Shown piece after piece: positions 1-8,523 of a stretch of 64,000 nt of DNA. Numbering within the stretch: position 1 is the stretch's first letter; each line of letters starts with the position of its first letter. The position numbers were made by a program, and so were the translations under genes. The DNA is from Bacteroidales bacterium. GTDB lineage: Bacteria > Bacteroidota > Bacteroidia > Bacteroidales > JAYRGN01. The DNA is taken from positions 124,924 to 188,923 of the forward strand of contig JAYRGN010000002.1 of the NCBI GenBank assembly GCA_041907825.1, read 5' to 3'. The notes beneath the pieces were generated by a model. That model made no database searches, was not told the DNA's origin, and saw nothing but the letters and a program-made list of their open reading frames with translations.

Positions 1-4
1 GCTG

Positions 5-1858
5 ATGGATTTAATACCCGATCCTATTTATATGAAAGACAAGGACGGACATTATACCAAAATGAACCTTTCCAAAGCAAAGCTATTAGGAGTAAACCAT
101 CCTCGCGAAGCCATCGGAAAAACCGATCGTGATTTTCTGGGAGCAAACAAGATAATCGAAAACCGATTGAGAGAGCTCGAAGTTCAACGTTCAGGAAACG
201 AAATAATTAGTGAGACAGAAAAAATCATTTTTGAAAATGGGCAGGAATCTTGGTATTCAACGTCTATCGTTCCGGTTTTTGATGGGAATCATCATATTAA
301 TGGAATAGTCGGCATTTCACGCGATATAACAACCCAACAAATGTTCATGCAGACACTTTCACGCGATCGGGTTTTGTTTGAACGGCTGATGGATAATCTT
401 CCCTACTTTATCTATTTTAAAGATGAAAACGGCTATTTTACCCGAATAAATAAAGCGTTGGCAATACGTTTGAATTTAGATTCGCCTGACGATGTTGTCG
501 GAAAAACCGATTCTGATTTCTTTAGCGATGATTTTTCAGCAGAATCGCAACAGGAAGAGCAACAGATTTTTAGTAAAGGAATTGCACTTATAGGAAAAGA
601 AAGAAAAATAGATTTCCCCAATGGCGATTTTGCATGGATTTCGATGATTAAAATTCCTATTCCTGATGATAAAGGTTTGTTTACCAGTCTTGTTGGAATG
701 GGTATTGATATTACCCAGCGTAAAATGGCCGAAGAAAAGCTTATTCTGGCAAAAGAAAAAGCAGAAGAGAACGAACGTCTGAAGTCTGCTTTTTTATCGA
801 ATATTTCGCACGAAGTTCGTACACCCATGAATGGAATCATTGGGTTTACCAATCTGTTGCTTGCAGGGGAGCTAAGCAGAGAGGAAAGTGAAGAATATCT
901 GAAACATATAAAAGATTGCGGGCATTCACTTCTTCGCCTTTTTGAAGATATTATTGATATTTCGCTTATCGAAAGCGGACAGATTGTTCCGCACATTACA
1001 GCTGTTGATCTTAACGAGATAATGGACGAATTGCTTCTTACCTATAAGCAGGTTGTTCATCAGTTGTGTCCTGCTATTGAAATAGAATATATTGGAGAAC
1101 CGCCAGCTCAAAAAATCTTTACTGACGTATTTCGTCTGCGTCAGATTATGTCCAATTTACTCGATAATGCCGTAAAATTTACACAGCAGGGAAAAATAAC
1201 ATTTGGGGTCAAAAGTCTTTCACCTAAAAGCCTGTGTTTTTGGGTAAAAGATACAGGGATTGGTATTTCTGTAAACAAACAAAAAGAAATTTTTGAAGGT
1301 TACGGTATTTTTAAAGGAACAGAAGTGGGGCAAAAAAATACAGGTCTTGGTCTACCCATTTCGTATAAACTCGCAAAATTACTAGGAGGAAAATTGACGG
1401 TTGAATCTCAAAAAGGAATAGGCTCTACTTTTTGTTTCGAACTCCCTTTTCAGATTGTAGATAAAAATGATTCATTTGGAAACATTGGTTCTTATTATTA
1501 TCCTAAACTGCAAAATAAGAAGCTTTTAATTATAGAAGAAGACGAAACAAACTATATTTATTTTAATTCGTTACTAAATAATTCGCCTATCGAAGTACGT
1601 TGGGTCCGCAATAGTTTCGATGCAACAAACATTATCCTAAACGAAAAAATAGATGTCTTGCTGCTGGATAACGACTTACTGACTAAAAATAAAGCAGAAG
1701 TTATGCACAAGATAAAAACAAAATTTCCGCATCTTTCTGTAATAGTGCGAAATGACGATTGCGTCGAACAGCAAAACTGTATAGAGATACAACATGCTTT
1801 TATCCAGACTCCCGTATTGAAAGAAGAACTTATGTCGGCTCTGGAACAGGTTTTGTAA
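5..1858 (+). CDS. PAS-domain hybrid sensor histidine kinase with C-terminal receiver-like domain (frame is open to the window edge, so the N-terminus may lie upstream)
   Basis: 617-aa ORF; PAS-like blocks ending GISRDITTQQ and GMGIDITQRK; H-box SNISHEVRTPMNGI; N-box LLDNAVKFT; G-boxes VKDTGIGI and GLGLPISYKL; C-terminal LLIIEEDE...DVLLLDNDL receiver-like segment. Confidence 0.9.
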   Translation: MDLIPDPIYMKDKDGHYTKMNLSKAKLLGVNHPREAIGKTDRDFLGANKIIENRLRELEVQRSGNEIISETEKIIFENGQESWYSTSIVPVFDGNHHINGIVGISRDITTQQMFMQTLSRDRVLFERLMDNLPYFIYFKDENGYFTRINKALAIRLNLDSPDDVVGKTDSDFFSDDFSAESQQEEQQIFSKGIALIGKERKIDFPNGDFAWISMIKIPIPDDKGLFTSLVGMGIDITQRKMAEEKLILAKEKAEENERLKSAFLSNISHEVRTPMNGIIGFTNLLLAGELSREESEEYLKHIKDCGHSLLRLFEDIIDISLIESGQIVPHITAVDLNEIMDELLLTYKQVVHQLCPAIEIEYIGEPPAQKIFTDVFRLRQIMSNLLDNAVKFTQQGKITFGVKSLSPKSLCFWVKDTGIGISVNKQKEIFEGYGIFKGTEVGQKNTGLGLPISYKLAKLLGGKLTVESQKGIGSTFCFELPFQIVDKNDSFGNIGSYYYPKLQNKKLLIIEEDETNYIYFNSLLNNSPIEVRWVRNSFDATNIILNEKIDVLLLDNDLLTKNKAEVMHKIKTKFPHLSVIVRNDDCVEQQNCIEIQHAFIQTPVLKEELMSALEQVL

Positions 1859-1890
1859 TTTTGAAGTCAGAAAATAATTAAAGTACCAAA

Positions 1891-2310
1891 ATGACAACAA
1901 TATATTTCGCCGGACCTCTGTTTTCGGCTGCCGAAATACAATTTAATCTTTCGCTGGCGAAGATTTTACAGCAAAACAGCTACCATGTATTTTTACCGCA
2001 ACGCGAATGCGAAGGAAAAGAACTTGCTGATATTTATACTACCTGTAAGTCGGGAATAGATAAGTCTAATGTTGTTGTTGCTATCATGGATGGTGCCGAT
2101 GCGGACAGTGGAACCTGCTGGGAATGCGGATATGCTTATGCAAAGGGAATTCCGGTTGTTATTGTTCGTACTGATTTTCGTAAAAGCGGAGATACCCGGG
2201 GATTCAACGCCATGCTTTATTACAGTGCTGCTGCGATTGTGGAAAGTACAGATAATTATGCCCTCGAATTATTGGAAACATTGTCGAAGGTGTGTCTTTT
2301 AAATAGATAA
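1891..2310 (+). CDS. nucleoside 2-deoxyribosyltransferase-like protein (PF05014-like)
   Basis: 139 aa; N-terminal IYFAGPLFS and DSGTCWECGYAYAKGIPVV motifs typical of the nucleoside 2-deoxyribosyltransferase-like fold. Confidence 0.6.
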   Translation: MTTIYFAGPLFSAAEIQFNLSLAKILQQNSYHVFLPQRECEGKELADIYTTCKSGIDKSNVVVAIMDGADADSGTCWECGYAYAKGIPVVIVRTDFRKSGDTRGFNAMLYYSAAAIVESTDNYALELLETLSKVCLLNR

Positions 2311-2415
2311 CAGATCTTTAGCAAGTAGTTTTACCGATAAAAACCAGATAAACTCCGGTAAAATTGTTGTCATTCTGCAAAAAACAATACTTTTAAAAGC
2401 AAAAGAACAGAGAGA

Positions 2416-3213
2416 ATGCAACGATTGCTGGGCTTGTTTGTCGCGTTATTCGGATTTTATGTTGTCCGGGCTCAGGATACGTTAACGATTAACCAGTCCG
2501 AAATCCATCATAAACACATCATTTCGCTAGGTGTCGGATCTTTAGGTTATCGAAATTCTTATTTTATGCCCGCCGGGCAGACGGGATTTAACTCAAGTAC
2601 ACAGTACGAATATCAGGTTCGTCATCCTAAAAGTTTTTATGTATTAAATGCGCGATTCGACCTTGCATTGCTTAATAATTATTCGGGCGAATCGAGTTTA
2701 AACTATACCACACACTTGTCGACTCTTGATGTTGGCTTTGAGCATTATTTTAAGATACTGCATAGGCATAAATTGAATGTTTATGCAGGCTATAACGCTT
2801 CGTTTTATGGAGATTTGTCGTATAACTATCATTTAAGTAATGACGATCCGTACCACATGCCGGCTTTCGGACTCTGGTTTGTTTCGGCAGGAACGGGGAT
2901 AGCGGTCGATTATGCGTTGTCTGAATTCAGATTAGAGTTGCGCAGCATGGCTTCTTTGTTTTCTTATGGCTTTTTTCTTGATTATCAGAATCATCCGACT
3001 GATGAGCCATTGTCTTATTTTTTAACGCATACCCGTGTGGCTGGTCCCAATCATAATTTTAATTTTACTAATTACCTGCGACTGATTTACACAGGTTTAA
3101 AAATACCCGTTTTTCTTCAGTATAGCCTGAACGGACAACGATCGGATGTAAATGAAAATATGCAGCAATATCGGAAAAACACTTTTTACATCGGAATAAT
3201 ACTTGGTAAATGA
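2416..3213 (+). CDS. hypothetical secreted / outer-membrane protein
   Basis: 265-aa ORF with signal peptide MQRLLGLFVALFGFYVVRAQ; aromatic-rich alternating pattern; 4-nt ATGA overlap with the next gene. Confidence 0.6.
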   Translation: MQRLLGLFVALFGFYVVRAQDTLTINQSEIHHKHIISLGVGSLGYRNSYFMPAGQTGFNSSTQYEYQVRHPKSFYVLNARFDLALLNNYSGESSLNYTTHLSTLDVGFEHYFKILHRHKLNVYAGYNASFYGDLSYNYHLSNDDPYHMPAFGLWFVSAGTGIAVDYALSEFRLELRSMASLFSYGFFLDYQNHPTDEPLSYFLTHTRVAGPNHNFNFTNYLRLIYTGLKIPVFLQYSLNGQRSDVNENMQQYRKNTFYIGIILGK

Positions 3214-4226
3214 AAAAAACGATGCTTCTGATAATAATCGCATGCGTTGCTTTGATGAATCAGAGCTGCTATCGTGATATTATAGAGAGCAATACTCCTT
3301 CCGATGTTTTTGATGTTTTCTGGACCAGCATGAACGAGCGCTATGTCTATTTTAATGAAAAACATGTCGACTGGGATTCGGTTTATCAGGTTTGTCGTCC
3401 TAAAATTAACGCTTCTACTACTGAGAATGATTTAACACAAATTTTCCAGTCTGTTTTAGACAGACTGAATGATGGCCATATTTCAATTTACATAAATTCG
3501 AATGTCCACTTGGCGGCATCGGAAATTAATGTCTCTAAAACGATCAACTGGAATAAAATTTACCAACATTATTTTGCACAAAAAGGTAAAAATGATCAAC
3601 CGGTTTTCTTCGGCCAGCTTCCGGATAACATATTGTACATTCATCTTTCAACTTTCATGGAAATGCCGTCGAAGGATTCTATTATGCGTGCAATGAACAC
3701 GCATTCGTATTCGAACGGCGTTATTGTCGATGTTCGCGAAAATGCTGGTGGCTATTTTGTTAACATGGCCGATATGTTGTCGTTGTTTTTCGATCAGTCA
3801 ACTTTAGTAGGGTATGAAAAATATAAGACAGGAAAAGGGAAAAACGATTTTTCGGATTATAATAAAGTTTACATCGAAGGGTGCAATTTTGTGTCACAAT
3901 CAATACCTAAAGTGGTCTTAATCAATAAAGATGTGTACAGTGCCGCTAATATTTTTGCTGCATTTATGCAGGAATTGTCCAATACATCCGTAATAGGTCT
4001 CGAAACGCTTGGTGGTGGCGGAAGTCCTTATTCAATGCTGTTGCCGAATAATTGGGTATTGTCTTTTCCCCGCAATAAATTTTTCGATATAAATTACCGT
4101 TCGCTCGAATCTGGCCTTTCGCCTGATATTGATCTTGTCAATATACTGGAAACTAACATAACCGTTGGCGATGCTGTTGATCCTACTATAGAAGCAGGCG
4201 TTAGTCACATCTTGTCACAAAAGTAA
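3210..4226 (+). CDS. S41-family (tail-specific protease-like) peptidase-like lipoprotein, no PDZ domain
   Basis: 338 aa; lipoprotein-type signal ending NQSC; VIVDVRENAGGYF and VLINKDVYSAANIFA blocks resemble the S41 peptidase core. Confidence 0.55.
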   Translation: MKKTMLLIIIACVALMNQSCYRDIIESNTPSDVFDVFWTSMNERYVYFNEKHVDWDSVYQVCRPKINASTTENDLTQIFQSVLDRLNDGHISIYINSNVHLAASEINVSKTINWNKIYQHYFAQKGKNDQPVFFGQLPDNILYIHLSTFMEMPSKDSIMRAMNTHSYSNGVIVDVRENAGGYFVNMADMLSLFFDQSTLVGYEKYKTGKGKNDFSDYNKVYIEGCNFVSQSIPKVVLINKDVYSAANIFAAFMQELSNTSVIGLETLGGGGSPYSMLLPNNWVLSFPRNKFFDINYRSLESGLSPDIDLVNILETNITVGDAVDPTIEAGVSHILSQK

Positions 4227-4251
4227 AAACAGGTTTTCGGTACAAAACATG

Positions 4252-4259
4252 TACTTTTG
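4252..4259 (+). promoter_or_regulatory. -7 box TActTTTG
   Basis: Matches TAnnTTTG, 19 nt upstream of ATG 4278. Confidence 0.45.
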
Positions 4260-4277
4260 CTCAAAATAAATTTGATT

Positions 4278-5570
4278 ATGGCTCATAATAATGCACCCAA
4301 AGACAGTCCGGAGAAGGCAATTCGTGAACGTGCCCGTAAGCTTCCGCTTTATAAATGTTATGTAAACCGCGACTGGGAAGATTCTCAGATGGCGCATGTT
4401 ATTGTTTCGCGTAAGCATGTAAACGGAAATATTACTTGTGGATTTTATCTTATTGATTTACTTTGTCTTGGATTAAAAGATACTTTTTTTTATTTTAATA
4501 TTCCGCAACGTGAATTTGAGGAGCAGATGACGGTTTTTAAAGATCAGGGCGATGCCGATGAAATAGATTATGTAACCGCTCATAATATTGTTTATGCCGG
4601 AGTTGAATTTGCTGAAAGTCTTGGTTTTAAGCCTCATAAATTGTTTGAAATCTCGAAATTTATACTTGAAGAAGACGACGATAAAATCGAAATGATGGAG
4701 ATCGAATGCGGTCAGGATGGTATGCCTGTTGTTTTGGTTGCCGATGATGATCCGCAAAGCCGAACAATTGCGCATCTCGAAAAAACGCTTGGTCGTGATA
4801 ATTTCCTGATCTATAATGTTGACGAAGAAAGTGAAGAGGAAGAGAATGATGAAGACGATAGCGAAGGAGAAGAAGAAACCGAAATTACCGATGCCGATAT
4901 TCGGCGGATTAAGGATATTCTGAGAAAACAAAATCCAACAGCCGAAGATGTCGAATTTTTAACCGAAGCGGTTGCTCCTACGCTTTTTAATAATGAAAAT
5001 CTTGATGAAAGTATACCTGTTGTAGAGTATGATAATCTTGATTTTGGGGAAGATAATGAGGTTACCGATGACGATATCGAAAATTACGAAAAGCTGGAAG
5101 CTGAAACAAAAGCACTACCTGATAATGCTGCCTGCATTGATTTTCTGACCGAAAAATATGCGGCTACTCACGATCAGAGTGTTGCCTCGTTGCTGGCCAA
5201 ATACCTTTCGCTCGAAAAGCAGACCGAAAAAGCAGCCGCCGTGTTACAGGATGCAGTGGAATGTCATCCGGGTAATATGAATATGTTGTCAACTTTTCTT
5301 TCCTTCCTTTTAATGGGCGGAATGCAAGAGGAGGCTGCACGGTTTTTAAATAACCGATTGAGTATTGCCGCTTTGTTTCCTGAAAAGAAAGTCTTTGATG
5401 AATATGCGGTTATGCGTTTGTACTGCAATCTGGCATTGTTCCTTGCGCAAAAGGGCGAATACGATAGAGCTATAACTTATCTCTATGCCGTCGATCCGGT
5501 TCGTGAAGAATATGAACCTCTTCCCGAATGGATGATGGCTGTATTTACTGTTTTACCGCATAAACTGTAA
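4278..5570 (+). CDS. hypothetical protein with strongly acidic central linker and helical-repeat C-terminus
   Basis: ORF-track frame 4257..5570. I place the start at ATG 4278 because a TActTTTG -7 box (4252-4259) overlaps the TTG at 4257. Contains the acidic run EESEEEENDEDDSEGEEETE. Confidence 0.7.
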   Translation: MAHNNAPKDSPEKAIRERARKLPLYKCYVNRDWEDSQMAHVIVSRKHVNGNITCGFYLIDLLCLGLKDTFFYFNIPQREFEEQMTVFKDQGDADEIDYVTAHNIVYAGVEFAESLGFKPHKLFEISKFILEEDDDKIEMMEIECGQDGMPVVLVADDDPQSRTIAHLEKTLGRDNFLIYNVDEESEEEENDEDDSEGEEETEITDADIRRIKDILRKQNPTAEDVEFLTEAVAPTLFNNENLDESIPVVEYDNLDFGEDNEVTDDDIENYEKLEAETKALPDNAACIDFLTEKYAATHDQSVASLLAKYLSLEKQTEKAAAVLQDAVECHPGNMNMLSTFLSFLLMGGMQEEAARFLNNRLSIAALFPEKKVFDEYAVMRLYCNLALFLAQKGEYDRAITYLYAVDPVREEYEPLPEWMMAVFTVLPHKL

Positions 5571-5583
5571 ATGATACAAGAAT

Positions 5584-5627
5584 AAAAAGAGAAAGGCCGA
5601 AATATCAATTCCGGCCTTTCTCTTTTT
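5584..5627. terminator. bidirectional intrinsic terminator between convergent genes
   Basis: 16-bp perfect stem aaaaagagaaaggccg / cggcctttctcttttt with a 12-nt loop; the A-run and T-run are built into the stem. Confidence 0.8.
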
Positions 5628-5630
5628 CTG

Positions 5631-7508
5631 TTAGTTGTTACTTAGTGTGTGGAAATCAAGGTGAGAGCTTTGAATAGGTGTGTGGTAAACCCGGTTGGTT
5701 GCCTTGATAAAATCTTCGGCTTTTGCTTTGTAAATGTTTTCAATGTATTTCTGCGGATTAATATCGGCAAGCGGAAACCATGTGCTCTGAATCTGCATCA
5801 TTATGCGGTGTCCTTTCAGAAAACAGTGTAAAACATCCTGTAAATCAATTTCTATTTCCTCGACTTTTCCTGCTTCGAACGGAACCGGATGCTCAAAACT
5901 TTTGCGGTAACGTCCGCGTAAAATTTCGCTGCGAACCATCTGTTGATATTCACCCATTTTCATGCCCTTAGCTGTCGACGGATTTTGCGGTGCATAAGCA
6001 GGGTAAACATCAATCAGTTTTACTGCGAAATCGGCATCTGTACCGGTTGTGGAAACGAATAGCTTTGCTTTTAACGGACCTGCAAGTGTAATATCACTGG
6101 TCAACGAGTCTGTTTCAAAAACTAAAACGTCCGGGCGGTGGGCGGCAAAACGCTGATCGTCGGTCATGTAATTGCGGGCCATACCAAACGAAATTTCTTC
6201 GGTATAAGGAACCGGTTTTGCAGGATCGCTAATGTATTCGTCATAAGGTATTTCATTTTTGGTTACAGGTTCAAATGAAAGTTTATTATGATCGTGCAGA
6301 AACAGCTTTCTTTCTTCGATATTTCTGGGTGGCCAGCAATCAAATTGTTTCCATTCGTTTTTTCCTGTTTCAAACATCGTTGCCCGTGCAATGGAAGGAT
6401 TCTCTTTGTCTTTCAGGTAATAATTAAAAAAAGGAAGTTCGAGGCTGTCGCGATAGTAAAGTGAGGTTTTTTGTGCAAACGAAACATTTCCTAAAAAAGA
6501 GCCGTCGCTGCGAGCCCAGCCTCCATGGTACCAGGGACCAATCACAACCGAAATATTGCCTTTAGGACTGTTTTTTGTCATGGAATGATAGGTGTGAAAT
6601 GTCCCGTAAAGATCTTCGGCGTCATACCATCCGCCAACCAATAAAACGGCTGGTTTTATGTTTTTCAGATGAGGAATGATGCTGCGCTTTTGCCAAAATT
6701 CGTCGTAATCGGGGTGTTCGGTAATTTCGTTCCAGAAAATAATGCTGTCGCCAAAATATTGTTTGCGAGCATTGGCTAACGACCCCAACCGCAAGTAAAA
6801 GTCGTATCCATCGGGGGATTCCCATTTGTAAAGATGTCTCCATTCGGTAGTTAAACCATGTCGGGGAAGATCCATATCGCCAAAGAAACCAAGGTTGGCT
6901 GCTGTAAAAAATGTTCCCTGATGGTGAACATCGTCGAAAAACCAATCGCCAATAGGAGCCTGTGGCGATACACATTTTAAAGCCGGATGTGCATTAATGG
7001 CAGCACAAGACGTGTAAAATCCCGGATACGAAATGCCCCACATTCCAACACGTCCGTTGTTGTTGGGAATATTTTTTACCAGCCAGTCAATAGCATCGTA
7101 AGCATCAGAGCTTTCGTCAACCTCTTTTTTTGACTTTTTATTTTCGATGAAAGGAGTCATGTGAACGAAAGTTCCTTCGGACATAAATCGACCTCTTACA
7201 TCCTGATAAACAAAAATATAACCTTCCCTTAAAAAGGCAGACGAAAGTCCACGACTAAAGTTAAACTTCATTTCTTTTCCGTAAGGAGCCACATTGTAAG
7301 GCGTCCGGTTGAAAAGTATCGGGTACTTTTTGCTTTGATCGACAGGCGAATATACGATTGTAAATAACGTTACACCATCGCGCATCGGTATGCGGTATTC
7401 AGCTTTCGTATAATGCTCAGTCAGATAAAGTGAATCTTCGTTAACAACGGTTTTTGCCGCTGAGATGCTGCAATAAAACAGCGTCAGTAAAAAAAAGAGG
7501 TTTCTCAT
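5631..7508 (-). CDS. CocE/NonD-family serine hydrolase, Xaa-Pro dipeptidyl-peptidase (S15)-like, secreted
   Basis: ORF 5631..7541; likely start at ATG 7508 giving signal peptide MRNLFFLLTLFYCSISA; nucleophile-elbow GISYPGFY; family-typical VYQDVRGR and YDAIDWL blocks. Confidence 0.8.
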   Translation of the reverse strand: MRNLFFLLTLFYCSISAAKTVVNEDSLYLTEHYTKAEYRIPMRDGVTLFTIVYSPVDQSKKYPILFNRTPYNVAPYGKEMKFNFSRGLSSAFLREGYIFVYQDVRGRFMSEGTFVHMTPFIENKKSKKEVDESSDAYDAIDWLVKNIPNNNGRVGMWGISYPGFYTSCAAINAHPALKCVSPQAPIGDWFFDDVHHQGTFFTAANLGFFGDMDLPRHGLTTEWRHLYKWESPDGYDFYLRLGSLANARKQYFGDSIIFWNEITEHPDYDEFWQKRSIIPHLKNIKPAVLLVGGWYDAEDLYGTFHTYHSMTKNSPKGNISVVIGPWYHGGWARSDGSFLGNVSFAQKTSLYYRDSLELPFFNYYLKDKENPSIARATMFETGKNEWKQFDCWPPRNIEERKLFLHDHNKLSFEPVTKNEIPYDEYISDPAKPVPYTEEISFGMARNYMTDDQRFAAHRPDVLVFETDSLTSDITLAGPLKAKLFVSTTGTDADFAVKLIDVYPAYAPQNPSTAKGMKMGEYQQMVRSEILRGRYRKSFEHPVPFEAGKVEEIEIDLQDVLHCFLKGHRIMMQIQSTWFPLADINPQKYIENIYKAKAEDFIKATNRVYHTPIQSSHLDFHTLSNN

Positions 7509-7850
7509 CTTGTAAAGATTTTGTCTGCAAAACTTAATCACAAATGTATGCTTTGTGGAAACTTTTAAAAATAATCAGCATGATTTTAATTATAGGGGGT
7601 CTGACATGGAATTTTTTTCAAAAAAGCAGAAGATGCTGCTGTTTTTTCCAGGGGTAAAGAGCCTCTTTGATTTTTCTTACAGAAATGTCTCTCTAAAAAA
7701 GAAAACAAAACAGAAATGTCTTGAAATTTAATGAATTTTATAGTGTAATATTCTTATTATCAAGTTTAAACAAGATTGGCACGTGTTCTGTAATGAATTC
7801 GCGGTTTTGAATAAACAGATAGAAAAGACCTTTACTTAAAAAATATAGAG

Positions 7851-8438
7851 ATGAACTTGAAAAATTATGTATTGCTTAGCCTGTGTGTAATGTTTGCAGG
7901 CAATTTAATGGCGAAAGATTCTAAGAATCTTGTTTCGGGAGTATATCTGACGTATAACGATTTTAAATGTAACAAACTTGCCCATGAAGCAGTTGCCGGA
8001 AAGGAACGTATTAAAACTTACGATGCGTTTGGTTTTTCTTTTATTAAAGTGATTTGTGGCGACCAATCGTATGTATATCCCAAAAGTAATATTTATGGAT
8101 ATGCTGACAATAAAGGAGTTACTTATCGTTTTTTTAATCAGGAGAAATATAAACTGGAGAGTACCGGAAATCTGTTTATATATTCCCGAAATGCAGAGGT
8201 TAAGAAGGGATCTTTAAAAAATGTAACCATAGCAATTGAAACAAAGTATTTTTTCAGTCTGAAAGGCGATTCTGAGATAATGCCTCTGACCCTTTACAAT
8301 GTGAAAAAGACATTCATTGCAGATGCTAAAATTCAGACTATGCTGGATGAAAAATTTAAAACCGACGAAGATTTAGCTCAGTACGACCCGGTGAGGGGAG
8401 AATACCGTTTATGTTGTTTGCTATCAATCGAAAAGTAG
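7851..8438 (+). CDS. hypothetical secreted protein
   Basis: 195-aa ORF with signal peptide MNLKNYVLLSLCVMFAGNLMA, followed by a terminator hairpin. Confidence 0.6.
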   Translation: MNLKNYVLLSLCVMFAGNLMAKDSKNLVSGVYLTYNDFKCNKLAHEAVAGKERIKTYDAFGFSFIKVICGDQSYVYPKSNIYGYADNKGVTYRFFNQEKYKLESTGNLFIYSRNAEVKKGSLKNVTIAIETKYFFSLKGDSEIMPLTLYNVKKTFIADAKIQTMLDEKFKTDEDLAQYDPVRGEYRLCCLLSIEK

Positions 8439-8488
8439 AGTTTCCATAGTTGGTTTTAGTCTACATAGACGTAAACTTCGTAGTTTTT

Positions 8489-8523
8489 CAGGGTCGCTTA
8501 AAAGAAAGCGACCCTGTTTTTTT
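8489..8523 (+). terminator. intrinsic terminator after 7851..8438
   Basis: Stem cagggtcgc / gcgaccctg followed by a T7 run. Confidence 0.8.

Noticed and set aside
433-4931. Antisense ORFs 433..996 (187 aa) and 4473..4931 (152 aa)
   Set aside because: Both lie opposite well-supported genes (the kinase and the acidic protein). The second is simply the complement of a GAA/GAT-rich acidic linker.
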